Positions 1 through 9,234 are shown, counted from the first letter of the stretch. The stretch is 32,000 nt of DNA from Phycisphaera mikurensis NBRC 102666 (GCF_000284115.1 NC_017080.1:780001-812000), one strand, 5' to 3'. The notes: a model not told the origin generated them from the letters alone. Translations and numbers: made by a program.

Positions 1-1305
1 GCCGATGGCGAAGCCCTCCCGCCGGGCAACGGCGGGCTGCGTGGCGGTGCAGAGAACGACGGTGCAGCCGAAGTTGCGGACGAGCTCATCGAGTGCGGCG
101 AGCACCGGCCGCATCAGGCCGGGCGGGATCGCTTGCGCCTCGTCGAGGATCAGGATGGCGTTGGCGAGCCGGTGCAGCTTGCGGCAGGGCGTGCCGTGGC
201 TGGCGAACAGCGACTCGAAGAGCTGCACGTTGGTGGTGACGACCAGCGGGGCCGCCCAGTTCTCGGTGGCGAGCTGGGCGGCGAAAGACACGCCCCCGGG
301 GTCGAGGCTGCTGTGGTGCTCGAGCACGACGGGTTCGCCACGCCGCGCCTCCAGGTCGCGGAAAACCTCCCGGTACCTCTCGGCGGTCTGCTCGATGATG
401 CTTGTGAACGGCAGGGCGCAGACGATGCGCCGCTGGCCGGTGTGGCGGGCGTGGTCGAGCGCGAAACGGAGCGAGGCGAGCGTCTTGCCGCCGCCGGTGG
501 GCACCTCCAACGTGAACCAGCCGGCGCCCTTCTTCGCGGCCGCGCGGCACGCGGCCAGCACGCCGGCCCGGGCGGCATCGACGGGCGACGGATCGCCCGT
601 GCGGCCCGCCAGCAGCTCCGCCATCGACGCATCGAGCGCCGCGGACATCGCTTCCGCGTCGAGGTCCGGTCGCGCGGGCCGCCGGGCGTGCCCCGCGGGG
701 TCGCTGAACCGCTGCGTGCAGAGCCGGTCGGCGTCGACCAGGCAGCTGAAGAGCATCCGTGTGAGGAAGGCGGTGGTGTGGCCGCCGAGCTCCTCCGCTC
801 CGGGCCAGCGGATCGGTCCGACGGCCGCGGCTTGCGCGTCGTCCCAGGGGCTTTCGAAGCCGGGATCGTGCGGCTCGATGCGCTTGCGCTGCGGATCGAG
901 CCGAGCCTCCAGGTCGCGGTCGCGAGCGGCGTCGGTCTGCCAGTCGGGCAGGTGCCCGTGGTGGCCGGCGACCGCGGCGGCGAGGCACGGCCCCAGCACG
1001 GGGCCGAGTTGATCCGCGGCGTAGCGCGCCCCGGCCGTGGCGTGGTCGACGCGTGCCCGGGGCCGCTGTGCCTCGCCCTCGGCTGCCGCCTCGTCGACCC
1101 CCGCTCCCAGCACCTTTTCCTGGAAGGCGAAGGTGGCTTTGCCGAGATCGTGCCAACGCCCGAGCGCATGCGCGAGCGGGCCGCACCCGAACGCTTCGCC
1201 GAATGCCGAAGCCGCGTCCGCGACTTCGCGGAGGTGGGTCGCGAGCGGTTCCCAGTGCTCGCGGCCGGCGGGGTGGGTGTGCGCGTAGAACATGCACCGC
1301 AGCAT
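1..1305 (-). CDS. cas3: CRISPR-associated helicase/nuclease Cas3 (HD + DEAD-like), 3' part truncated by window edge
   Basis: Manual translation of the minus frame (codon first bases at positions divisible by 3) gives an uninterrupted reading frame. It contains HD-type 'YAHTHPAGREHWEPLATHLREVADAASAFGEAF...RWHDLGKATFAFQEK', 'AVAGHHGHLPDW', Walker A 'LEVPTGGGKT', 'LPFTSIIEQTAERYREVF', 'VVLEHHSS', DEAD-box-like 'ILDEAQAIPPGLMRPVL' and 'VVLCTATQPA'. Start ATG at 1305 (or 1293) is tentative. Confidence 0.9.
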   Translation of the reverse strand, partial: MLRCMFYAHTHPAGREHWEPLATHLREVADAASAFGEAFGCGPLAHALGRWHDLGKATFAFQEKVLGAGVDEAAAEGEAQRPRARVDHATAGARYAADQLGPVLGPCLAAAVAGHHGHLPDWQTDAARDRDLEARLDPQRKRIEPHDPGFESPWDDAQAAAVGPIRWPGAEELGGHTTAFLTRMLFSCLVDADRLCTQRFSDPAGHARRPARPDLDAEAMSAALDASMAELLAGRTGDPSPVDAARAGVLAACRAAAKKGAGWFTLEVPTGGGKTLASLRFALDHARHTGQRRIVCALPFTSIIEQTAERYREVFRDLEARRGEPVVLEHHSSLDPGGVSFAAQLATENWAAPLVVTTNVQLFESLFASHGTPCRKLHRLANAILILDEAQAIPPGLMRPVLAALDELVRNFGCTVVLCTATQPAVARREGFAIG

Positions 1306-1455
1306 GGCGACCAGGCGGAGCTGCGTCCTCCTCGCGCGGGCGGATCCTCCCGCAGTGCAGGGAGCCGCCGACGGCGGACCCTCGGCGGGATCCGCCCGCC
1401 GCGGACCGTGGGGTCTTGGGGCTGGAAACGCTGCCGGTCCGCGGATTCTGCTCGC

Positions 1456-2370
1456 TCAGGGTTCCTGCTGGATGCCGCTGCCGTCGCCGACGCACTCGGT
1501 GCCGAAGAGGAACTCGCCCTCGCGGCGGGGGCGGCGGCCGCGGACCATGAGGTTGGGGCGCTGGGCCGACTGGCCGCGGGTCTGCCGGTTCAGCGGGTGC
1601 TTGTAGCCGACGCGGACGAGCCGGCGCATGTCGTTCGTGCGGTTCACGTGGCTGCCGTGGACGGTGAGGATGTTGAAGACGACCAGGTCGCCGGCCTTGG
1701 CGGGCACCGGGTCGGTGTCGTCCAGCGAGAAGCGCTCCCAGGGCAGGTGCGGCGTGCAGGGCACGGTCTCGCCGGCGTCGTTGCGGTGCTCGGTGACGTG
1801 CTCCAGCGGCCCGAGCTTGTGCGAGCCGCTGACGAAGCGGATCTCGCCGTTCTCGTGGCGGGTGTCGTCGAGGTGGACGAGCGCGTCGACGTAGCGGGCG
1901 TCGGCGTGGTCGTAGAAGGCGAGGTCTTGGTGCATCGGGAAGGGGTGGCCGGTCTCCGGCGGCTTCACGTGCATCGTGGAGTGGTGCAGCTCGACGGGGG
2001 CGCCGCCGGGCTCGTCGGGGCCGGTGAGCAGCTGCGACATCCGCTCGCCGACGTCGGCCCGCGTGACCGCCCGCATCCACGCCTGGCTGTAGTACTGCAG
2101 GTCGTGCATGACGATCAGCTTGCTCTTCGCCTCGGTGGAGGCGTCCATGATCTTCTGCCGCCACGGGCCGGTCCACCCGCCGGAAAGCTCGGCCCAGTCG
2201 TCGATCATCCAGTCGAGGTCGGTCCGCATCGCGGCGACCTCCGCGGCCGCGTAGACGCCGGGGATGCGGAGCCACCCGTGCTCGTGGTAGAACGCCACCT
2301 GCTCGTCGGTGAGGCGGTCGGTGCCGGAGGCGGCGGGGGGAACCAGGGGTGCGGCGGCGGTGGCGGGCAT
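1456..2370 (-). CDS. Phytanoyl-CoA dioxygenase (PhyH) family Fe(II)/2-oxoglutarate oxygenase
   Basis: 304-aa ORF with PhyH-like features 'HPFPMHQDLAFYDH', 'ENGEIRFVSGSHKLG', 'AGDLVVFNILTVHGSHVNRTNDMRRLVRVGY'. Confidence 0.85.
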   Translation of the reverse strand: MPATAAAPLVPPAASGTDRLTDEQVAFYHEHGWLRIPGVYAAAEVAAMRTDLDWMIDDWAELSGGWTGPWRQKIMDASTEAKSKLIVMHDLQYYSQAWMRAVTRADVGERMSQLLTGPDEPGGAPVELHHSTMHVKPPETGHPFPMHQDLAFYDHADARYVDALVHLDDTRHENGEIRFVSGSHKLGPLEHVTEHRNDAGETVPCTPHLPWERFSLDDTDPVPAKAGDLVVFNILTVHGSHVNRTNDMRRLVRVGYKHPLNRQTRGQSAQRPNLMVRGRRPRREGEFLFGTECVGDGSGIQQEP

Positions 2371-2470
2371 GATGGGGATCCGTTCGTGGATTGAAGGGTT
2401 CTTCGGAGGTCGTCGCCCTTCATCATCGCGGACACAAGCGAGAAGCGCCGTGGCAAAAGCTCAACGCAGA

Positions 2471-3355
2471 GTGGTCAAAAAACAACAGACCGAGGCCGCG
2501 CCCCGGCGGGCCGTCCGCGTGGAGGAACCGCCGGGCGTGGCCATCGCCTGCTACACGCCGATGCCGGCGGACGCGTTCGGCACGGGTTACCTCGCGCCAA
2601 CGCACGCGCTGCACCTCTACGAGTACGACGCGACGCTGCGGCTTTGCGGGCGCGAGCTGGCGCTGCGGCGTGGGACGCTCTCGTTCACGCCGGCGGGGGA
2701 AGAGTCGCGGTACCGGGTGCCGCGGGCGGGGCGGCACTGGTGCGTCCACTTCGCGGCGGAGGAGGGGGCGGGCGACGACCGGGGGCGGCTGGACCTGCCG
2801 CTGGTCTGGGACGCCGGGGACCTCGCCGCCGACGCCCGCTCCCGCTTCGAGCGGCTGGTGGCGCTCGCGGCGGACCGGCCGGCGCGCGGGGCGGGGGCGT
2901 TGCTCGAACGCTCGCTGCGGGTGGCCGCGCTGGAGCTGGTCCTGTGGTTCGCACGGGAGTCGAGCGTCGCCGGCCCGCCCGACCGCCGGCGCGTCGCCGA
3001 GGGCGTCGGCGTCCACCCGGCGGTGGCGCGGCTGGTCGCGATCGTCCAGCGCGACCTGCACCGGCCGCTGCGGGCCGCGTCGCTCGCCGCGGAGGTCGGC
3101 ATGAGCCAGAACCACCTCGCGCGGCTCTTTCGGGAGGTCCACGGCTGCACCATCCCGGCGTGGATCCTGCGCCGCCGGATCGAGCTGGCGACGCTGCTGC
3201 TGGCCACGACCGACCTGCCGGTCAAGGCGATCGGGCACCGCGTGGGGCTTCCCGATCCGCAGCACTTCAACAAGCAGTGCCGCCGGCTGACCGGGACGAG
3301 CCCCAGCGCGATCCGACGCCGCGGCGGCGCTGCGGCCGCCTCCGATCGTGGCTGA
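2471..3355 (+). CDS. AraC family transcriptional regulator
   Basis: ORF track 2309..3355. C-terminal double HTH: 'DLHRPLRAASLAAEVGMSQNHLARLFREVHGCTIPAWILRRRIELATLLLATTDLPVKAIGHRVGLPDPQHFNKQCRRLTGTSPSAIRRR'. Start uncertain (GTG 2450, GTG 2471 or later). Confidence 0.85.
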   Translation: MVKKQQTEAAPRRAVRVEEPPGVAIACYTPMPADAFGTGYLAPTHALHLYEYDATLRLCGRELALRRGTLSFTPAGEESRYRVPRAGRHWCVHFAAEEGAGDDRGRLDLPLVWDAGDLAADARSRFERLVALAADRPARGAGALLERSLRVAALELVLWFARESSVAGPPDRRRVAEGVGVHPAVARLVAIVQRDLHRPLRAASLAAEVGMSQNHLARLFREVHGCTIPAWILRRRIELATLLLATTDLPVKAIGHRVGLPDPQHFNKQCRRLTGTSPSAIRRRGGAAAASDRG

Positions 3356-3625
3356 GGAGCGACCCCGGGGCGCGCCGTCGCTTTCGCCCCGTCGCCGCCG
3401 AAGAGGACGCGGCCCCGCCTCCCGCTCCGCGGCGGGACCCGCTCCGGGCGGGTGCGGCGTGATACCCTCCCGCGCATCTGCCGCGACGGAACCCCGAGCC
3501 GGGGTCGCGGCGGGGCGTTCACCGTTCCTCTGCGGTCTTGGGCTCCGGACCCCGACCCGCACGATCACCGGGGCATCGCATTGACCAACACCCGTTTCGC
3601 TTCCGCTCCGCACGCCGCCGCGGCC

Positions 3626-4426
3626 ATGGGGAGCGTGCTGGAGGTCGTCGAGCCGCTGACGGTGGCGGGCCACGCCGCCGACGATCTGAAGATCGGTCGG
3701 CTCCTCCACGTCGAGGGCGTGCGGATCGAGGGAGAGGATCCCGAGACCGCCGAGCGGGTCTGGATCAACACCGAGCGTGGCCGGCGGCTCACCTTCGGGC
3801 GGGCGGAGCTGGAGCACCGCGCCCGCGTGCTGCGGGTGGAAGAGCTCGGGGTGGTCGAGCTGGAGCCGGTGGCCGAACCAGCCGAAAGGGCCGGGAGGAG
3901 GAGCCGGGCCGTGGCACAACGCAGGAAACTCGCCCGCCGCCGGGAGGCGATCCACCGGCTCGCTCTCGCCGTCGAAGAGCTGGGCAGGGGCCGCAGGGCG
4001 CGGGCCGGTCGCGTGGGGGCCGCGGCGGCCGGGCAGCCGACGCAAGCCGTGCCGTTCCTGCACCCGGCCACGCCCGCGCACCGGGTGCTCGGCATCCATT
4101 GGCAGACCGCGGAGGCCGACTGGAACGCGGCGCTGACGGAGGAGGTGGACGTGGTCCACGTCCACGCCGATCCCGACCCCGCGGCCCGCGAGAAGGTCCT
4201 GCAACGGGCCCGCGACGTGAAGGAGGCGATGCGGGCCCGCGGCATGCACCGGGTCGATCCGGTCGTGGTGGGGCCGCTGGGCGACGAGAGCGACCTGCTC
4301 TTCACCGCGTGCCTCGCCGCCGGCATCGCCGTCAGCGGCGACGACCACGGGGGCTACACCCGGACGGTCGCGGGTGCGGTGCGGAAGCGCGGCGCCGCCG
4401 GCGCGTTCCGGATCGACCTGCGCTAG
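3626..4426 (+). CDS. Hypothetical protein
   Basis: Open frame with plausible amino-acid composition (ORF track 3452..4426); in-frame ATG at 3626, TTG at 3581. No family recognised. Confidence 0.55.
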   Translation: MGSVLEVVEPLTVAGHAADDLKIGRLLHVEGVRIEGEDPETAERVWINTERGRRLTFGRAELEHRARVLRVEELGVVELEPVAEPAERAGRRSRAVAQRRKLARRREAIHRLALAVEELGRGRRARAGRVGAAAAGQPTQAVPFLHPATPAHRVLGIHWQTAEADWNAALTEEVDVVHVHADPDPAAREKVLQRARDVKEAMRARGMHRVDPVVVGPLGDESDLLFTACLAAGIAVSGDDHGGYTRTVAGAVRKRGAAGAFRIDLR

Positions 4427-4622
4427 CGGGCCACCGCAACGCCGTCGGGGCGGCGAGCGGGCCCGATCGCGACTCGCTTCGTCGGGCGAGGCTTCCGTCG
4501 GCGACAGCGGCGCGGCTTCCGCTCCCCCCGCGAGCCACGACCTGGTCGCGCTCCCGCCCGACGCGGGGTTGCGCGGCGGCCTGATAGGTTCGGGTTGCGT
4601 CGCGATCCTTTGGGGGTTTTTC

Positions 4623-6029
4623 TTGCTCATCGAACAAGCCCGCCTGGCGGGCGGCGTCTACGGGCTCTCGGGTCGGTTCAGGCCGGGATCCATCCGCGAC
4701 GTCGCGTGGCGGGCGGAGCAGCTCGCGGCCGCTTTGGTGGAGGCCGGCGTGCTCGGGCCGGGGACGGAGGTGGTCATTGCCGGGGTCGGTCCCGCCGGCG
4801 TCGCCGCGACGGGGGCGTGCCTGGCGGCCGGGGCGACCGTGACGGTGGTCAGCGGAGCGAGCGGCCGCCAGTCGATCCTCCAGCGATCGACGCGGCACGT
4901 CTGCCCCACCACCTTCGACCACCCGATGGACCACTGGCAGATCGGCTCGCACCCGCTCCCGGGGCAGGACGCGGCGGTGGCCTGGGCGGCCGGGCCCGCC
5001 GACCGACTTCTCGCGGGCTTCGCCGCCAACCTCAACCGGTGGCTGCGGGAGACGCCACGCTTCCGCGTCGTCGGATCGACGGATTTCGTGGGCTACGAGG
5101 CGGTCGGGGGGGGCGGGGTCGTCGTCTCGTGCTCGGGCGGGCTGACGCTGCGGGCCGACCTGCTGCTGCTCGCGACGGGCATCGGCTTCTCGCGGCGGGG
5201 CGTTCCGGGCAGCTTGTTCCGGAGCCGCGACTACTGGGAGAGCCACGACACCGTGTTCAAGCCGCCGCGGGCCGCGGGCCTGCGGGTGCTGGTTGCCGGC
5301 GGCGGCGACGGGGCGTTGAACGACCTTGTGCGGCTGCTCACCGGGCGGGCGAGCGTCGACACGCTCCTGGAGGAGGTGGACCGGTGCCTGCCGCTCACCC
5401 TGGTCCGCGAGCACGCCGAGCACGCGTGGCGGGAGTTCGCGGCCGGCGGCGACGAGGCCGCCGAGCGGCGACGCCTCCGCGACCGCCAGCGGTGGCTGGA
5501 CGGGCACCTGGACGAGCTCTGGGGCCGGGCGGCGGTGCGGGCCGTGATCGGCGACGCGGCGTTGCCGCTCACCCGGCGCTCTTGCGTGAGGCTGGTGACC
5601 CGCGAGGCCTGGTTCGACGACGCTTACCTCGTGAACCGGCTGCTCGCCGGGCTGCTCCTGCGCTTCCTCGGGGAGGACCTGCCCGGCCGCAACGGCGGCC
5701 TCGTGCCGCTGCTTTGCGGTTGGGAGGTCGCCGGTTGCGTCGGCCTGAACGGTCATGCGTGCGAAGGCGACCGCCACCTTTGCGCCAAGCATCCCCACCG
5801 CGTGCGCTTCCGCCGCTGGCCCGGGGCCGCGCGTCCGGACGCCGACCGGCCCTTCCTGAGCACCCGCGGGGTCGAGGGCGACTACGACCGCGTGCTCCTG
5901 CGGATCGGGGCGGATGCCGCGGCGGGGGCGGGGGCGGGGGCGGACGCGGGGGTCGCCGCCGCCCCGGCCGGGGCCGCGGAGCACCGCCACGTCCCGCCGT
6001 TCTATTCCCGCGGCTTCCGCGACGGCTGA
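4623..6029 (+). CDS. FAD/NAD(P)-binding Rossmann-fold oxidoreductase-like protein
   Basis: ORF 4374..6029 contains two nucleotide-binding motifs, 'EVVIAGVGPAGVAATGACLAAGATVTVVSG' and 'LRVLVAGGGDGALNDLVRLL', plus 'LLLLATGIGF'. The start is unclear; TTG 4623 is one option. Confidence 0.6.
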   Translation: MLIEQARLAGGVYGLSGRFRPGSIRDVAWRAEQLAAALVEAGVLGPGTEVVIAGVGPAGVAATGACLAAGATVTVVSGASGRQSILQRSTRHVCPTTFDHPMDHWQIGSHPLPGQDAAVAWAAGPADRLLAGFAANLNRWLRETPRFRVVGSTDFVGYEAVGGGGVVVSCSGGLTLRADLLLLATGIGFSRRGVPGSLFRSRDYWESHDTVFKPPRAAGLRVLVAGGGDGALNDLVRLLTGRASVDTLLEEVDRCLPLTLVREHAEHAWREFAAGGDEAAERRRLRDRQRWLDGHLDELWGRAAVRAVIGDAALPLTRRSCVRLVTREAWFDDAYLVNRLLAGLLLRFLGEDLPGRNGGLVPLLCGWEVAGCVGLNGHACEGDRHLCAKHPHRVRFRRWPGAARPDADRPFLSTRGVEGDYDRVLLRIGADAAAGAGAGADAGVAAAPAGAAEHRHVPPFYSRGFRDG

Positions 6030-6108
6030 TCGGCCTCCGGTGGGGGGCGTCGGCTCGCGGCCGACCGATCCGCGGATCCTGCGCCCGCTGGGCCGATCGC
6101 GTCGCCGG

Positions 6109-7314
6109 TCAGCTCGGGTCCGTCGGGGCCCCGCCGGCGACGCGGCCGGTGGGCATGGTGCGGCCGGGGCGCAGGTCGGCGAGGAGCAGGGGGGTTTCGC
6201 CCGTGTAGCCGGCGGCGGCGGCGTCGGCGAAGCCGAGGCGGGCGGCGGCCTCCTCGCTCAGGAGCCCGGCCGCGACGAAGAGCCGGGCGAGGCCGCAGGC
6301 GCGGGCGGCGGTGAGGCCGGCGGCGGCGAGCGGCTCGGCGAGGTCGGCCTCCGCGAAGGGAGCCAGAACGCGGAGGCCGGCGAGGCGGCCGAGGCCGCGC
6401 GTGGCGACGCCCACGAGCCCGGCTTCCTCGAGCGTCAGCTCCCCGACTTTTGCGCCCGAGGCCTCGGCCACGAGGCGGGCCAGGCGCACGCCGCCGCTCT
6501 CGTCGGGCTCCTCGCGGACCGTGACGATCTTCGCCCCCGGGGCCCCGCGGTCCGCGGCGCCGCCGCCGCCGAGCAGGTCGGGGCGGTTGCGTCGCGTGGT
6601 GGCGAGGGCCTCGGCGGCCCGCCAGGCCTCGATTCTGCCATGATCCCCGGACCGCAGCACGGCCGGCGCCTCGCGGCCGTCCCAGACCGGCGGCTTGGTG
6701 AAGTGCGGGTGGTCGAGCAGGCGGTCCGCCCCGGCGGCGAAGCTGTCGTCGCGGGCCGAGTCGGCGTGGCCGAGCACGCCGGGCAGCAGGCGGACGACCG
6801 CGTCGATGAGCGTCATCGCCGCGAGCTCGCCGCCGGAGAGCACGAAGTCGCCGAGGCTGATCTCGTCGAGCCCGGCCGGCTCGTCCCGCATGCGGGCGAG
6901 CACCCGCTCGTCGATGCCCTCGTAGTGGCCGCACAGCAGCAGCAGCCGCGGCTTCCCGGCCAGCCGCTCCGCCACCGCCGCCGTGAGCGGCCGGCCCTTG
7001 GGCGTGAGGAACACCCGGTGCGGCGGCCGCGGGTCCTCGGCCGTCGCCGCCTGCACCGCCCGCCACACCGGCTCGCACCGCATCACCATCCCCGGTCCGC
7101 CGCCGTAGGGCGGCGCGTCCACCTTGTGGTGCTTCGGGTCCTCCGAGAACGCCCGCAGCGCGTGCAGGTGGTACGACGCGACCGCCGGCCGGTCCCGCGA
7201 CCGGTCGTCCGGCGCCGCCGGATCCGCCACGTCCCGCGCCGCCCGCGCGAGGATCGAGTGCCCGAGCACGCTCTCGAACATCTCCGGGAACAGCGTGACG
7301 ACGTCGATGCGCAT
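6109..7314 (-). CDS. trmD: tRNA (guanine-N1-)-methyltransferase TrmD with a C-terminal extension
   Basis: 'MRIDVVTLFPEMFESVLGHSILARA', 'DAPPYGGGPGMVM', 'LLLLCGHYEGIDERV', 'EISLGDFVLSGGELAAMTLIDAVVRLLPGVL', 'HPHFTKPPVWDGREAPAVLRSGDHGRI'; ATG at 7314. Confidence 0.93.
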   Translation of the reverse strand: MRIDVVTLFPEMFESVLGHSILARAARDVADPAAPDDRSRDRPAVASYHLHALRAFSEDPKHHKVDAPPYGGGPGMVMRCEPVWRAVQAATAEDPRPPHRVFLTPKGRPLTAAVAERLAGKPRLLLLCGHYEGIDERVLARMRDEPAGLDEISLGDFVLSGGELAAMTLIDAVVRLLPGVLGHADSARDDSFAAGADRLLDHPHFTKPPVWDGREAPAVLRSGDHGRIEAWRAAEALATTRRNRPDLLGGGGAADRGAPGAKIVTVREEPDESGGVRLARLVAEASGAKVGELTLEEAGLVGVATRGLGRLAGLRVLAPFAEADLAEPLAAAGLTAARACGLARLFVAAGLLSEEAAARLGFADAAAAGYTGETPLLLADLRPGRTMPTGRVAGGAPTDPS

Positions 7315-7400
7315 GGGCGAAAGCGGAGCGGACCCGCTGCTCGTCTCCGTCTTCCGGTTCTCTCGCCTCCGCGTCTCTTGGGCGGCCGGGCCGCTGCCCA

Positions 7401-7676
7401 TCAACCCTTCACGAGCTTCCGCGTCTTCTTGTCCAGCACGCCTTCGCGCACGAGCAGGTCGGAGACGGTCTCGGAGGGCTGGGCGCCGGTGCCGACCCAG
7501 TGGCGGATCCGCTCGACGTCCAGCGAGGTCTGCTTCTCGGGGTCCTGCTGGGTGGGGTCGTACCAGCCGAGCTCCTCGATGGCGGCGCCGTCCCGCGGGG
7601 CCCGCTGGTCGATGGCGCAGAGGCGGTAGAAGGGCTTGTGGGTGCGGCCGAAGCGCTTGAAACGGAGGCGGACCAT
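7401..7676 (-). CDS. rpsP: 30S ribosomal protein S16
   Basis: 'MVRLRFKRFGRTHKPFYRLCAIDQRAPRDGAAIEELGWYDPTQQ...' is diagnostic; located just upstream of trmD. Confidence 0.95.
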   Translation of the reverse strand: MVRLRFKRFGRTHKPFYRLCAIDQRAPRDGAAIEELGWYDPTQQDPEKQTSLDVERIRHWVGTGAQPSETVSDLLVREGVLDKKTRKLVKG

Positions 7677-7905
7677 GGCGAGAATCTTCTTTCCGGGGGG
7701 CGGCTTGCGCCGTGACGGGGGTGTCTTCCGCGGGGGCACGTCGCCGGCGCGGGGAGGAAGGATAGTGACTCCGCGAGCGGGGGGCTCCCGGGGCGCCACG
7801 CGCCCCCGCAAGCCGTGGGTGGCTGCGGACTAACCTCGATCGCGATCGCGGCCGCAGCGGCCGCGTCCTCCCCGCGCCATCCTTCTCGAAACGACGCCAC
7901 GACCG

Positions 7906-9234
7906 ATGCCTGAATCCACCCGCCGCGTGATGCTCATCTCGACGCACGGCTACGTCTCCTCGCAGATCGAGTTCGGCAAGCCCGACACCGGCGGGCAGGT
8001 CGTCTACGTGCTCGAGCTCGCCAAGTGCATGGGCCGCTTCGGCTTCCAGGTCGACCTCTACACCCGCCGCTTCGAGGGGCAGGACGAGATCGAGCAGGTC
8101 GACGAGAACACCCGCATCGTGCGGGTGCCCTGCGGCGGCGACGACTTCATCGGCAAGGAGACGCTCTGCGACTTCATCCCCGAGTGGGTCGAGAACGCGA
8201 AGGCGAAGGTGGAGGAGGTCCAGAAGGCCGAGGGCAAGTACACCTTCGTGAACAGCCACTACTGGGACGCGGGCCTCGCGGGCATGGGCATGGCCCACCA
8301 CCTCAAGATCCCGCACATCTTCACGCCCCACTCCATCGGCGCCTGGAAGCGGAAGAACATGGACGGCGACCCCGAGGAGCTCGAGAAGCAGTACCACTTC
8401 AAGCGGCGGGTGAAGGAAGAGAACGTCATCTTCTCAGACTGCGACTCGATCATCGCGACCACGCCCCAGCAGCGCGACATCCTCCAGGACGTGGAGTACA
8501 AGGTCGCGCCGGCGAAGATCCACGTGATCCCGCCCGGCTACGACGACACCAAGTACTTCCCCATCTCCGAGGCCTCGCGGGCGGCGCTGCGGGCGGACCA
8601 CGGCTTCGACGGGCGGATCGTGATGGCGCTGGGCCGCATCGCCCGCAACAAGGGCTACGACCTGCTCATCAAGGCGATGCCCGAGGTGCTCAAGCGTCAC
8701 CGCGACGCGAAGCTGCTGCTGGCGATCGGCTCGACCGAGCCCAGCAAGGCGGAGATCGAGATGGTCGACGGCTTCAAGGAGCTCGCCAGCGAGCTGGGCA
8801 TCCGCGACCGGGTCGTCTTCGGCGACTACATCCCCGACGAGGAGATGCCGGACTTCTACCGCATGGCCGACGTGTTCTGCCTGTGCTCGCGCTACGAGCC
8901 CTTCGGCATGACCGCCGTGGAGGCGATGGCCTGCGGCACCCCGACGGTCATCACCACCGAGGGCGGCCTGTGGGAGCGCGTGGCGTACGGGCAGCAGGCC
9001 CTCTACGCGAACCCTTTCGACCCCTACGAGTACGGCGCCGCGATCCACAACCTGCTGCAGCACCCGCGGCTGTGGGCGAACACCAGCCGCGACGGCAGCC
9101 ACCTGGCCCGCGCCGAGTTCACCTGGGTGGGCATCGCCCAGCAGGTCATCAACCTGGTGAAGACCAGCGACGTGATGAGCACCCACGACGAGGCGCGGGC
9201 GGAGGCGCAGCGGGAGTTCTCGACGAGTGGATGA
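7906..9234 (+). CDS. Sucrose-phosphate synthase-type glycosyltransferase (GT4)
   Basis: 'ISTHGYVSSQIEFGKPDTGGQVVYVLELAKCMGRFGFQVDLYTRRFEGQ', 'VNSHYWDAGLAGMGMAHHLKIPHIFTPHSIGAWKR', 'SRYEPFGMTAVEAMACGTPTVITTEGG'. A sucrose-phosphate phosphatase-like gene lies downstream. Confidence 0.88.
   Translation: MPESTRRVMLISTHGYVSSQIEFGKPDTGGQVVYVLELAKCMGRFGFQVDLYTRRFEGQDEIEQVDENTRIVRVPCGGDDFIGKETLCDFIPEWVENAKAKVEEVQKAEGKYTFVNSHYWDAGLAGMGMAHHLKIPHIFTPHSIGAWKRKNMDGDPEELEKQYHFKRRVKEENVIFSDCDSIIATTPQQRDILQDVEYKVAPAKIHVIPPGYDDTKYFPISEASRAALRADHGFDGRIVMALGRIARNKGYDLLIKAMPEVLKRHRDAKLLLAIGSTEPSKAEIEMVDGFKELASELGIRDRVVFGDYIPDEEMPDFYRMADVFCLCSRYEPFGMTAVEAMACGTPTVITTEGGLWERVAYGQQALYANPFDPYEYGAAIHNLLQHPRLWANTSRDGSHLARAEFTWVGIAQQVINLVKTSDVMSTHDEARAEAQREFSTSG

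Noticed and set aside
1306-1455. CRISPR leader or array near cas3
   Set aside because: No regularly spaced direct repeats here or elsewhere in the window; an array, if any, must be outside.
86-2394. Very long ORFs 86..2275 (-) and 133..2394 (+) in the ORF track
   Set aside because: Off-frame or antisense shadows of the real cas3 and PhyH reading frames in high-GC DNA; low-complexity Arg/Pro/Gly-rich translations.
2423-4630. 735-aa minus-strand ORF
   Set aside because: Antisense to a clear AraC regulator; composition is typical of high-GC shadow ORFs.
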